A DNA stretch of 61,547 nucleotides from Octopus bimaculoides (lineage: Eukaryota): NCBI RefSeq assembly GCF_001194135.2, contig NC_068996.1:9078038-9139584 (forward strand), written 5' to 3'. Under the pieces are notes generated by a model. That model was not told the origin of the DNA, made no database searches, and was given only the letters and a program-made list of their open reading frames with translations. The position numbers and the translations under genes are program-made. Every line of letters starts with the position of its first letter. Position 1 is the first letter of the stretch. This document shows positions 61,497-61,547 of the stretch, one piece after another.

Positions 61497-61547
<51 letters not shown>

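Overview
Eukaryotic, AT-rich, repeat-saturated scaffold with nine N-gaps. The SINE families and microsatellite load strongly suggest an octopus genome (inference from recalled repeat families, not a database hit). No complete protein-coding gene is visible. Most six-frame ORFs are microsatellite or N-gap artefacts. Identifiable content: dozens of tRNA-derived and RTE-tailed SINEs; four Tc1/mariner-type relics; hAT and piggyBac-like MITEs; an R4/Dong-type LINE 3' fragment; Penelope-like fragments; and four type I hammerhead ribozyme motifs, two of them an inverted pair. An internally deleted ISL2EU/PHIS-like element (SAP domain plus start of a SWIM finger) is nested in a hAT MITE. The most interesting signal is in the non-repeat islands on the + strand. 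About 20 of them begin at a plausible 3' splice site and are open in the same intron phase (phase 1). They end either in a stop codon, giving diverse short C-termini (PDZ-ligand, Cys-terminal, polybasic, His/Pro/Thr-rich), or in a phase-1 donor, giving symmetric cassettes. This looks like a large array of alternative cassette and terminal exons of one gene whose constant exons lie outside the window or in gaps. It is an inference from hand inspection, open to selection bias, and needs RNA-seq. SINE boundaries are approximate.
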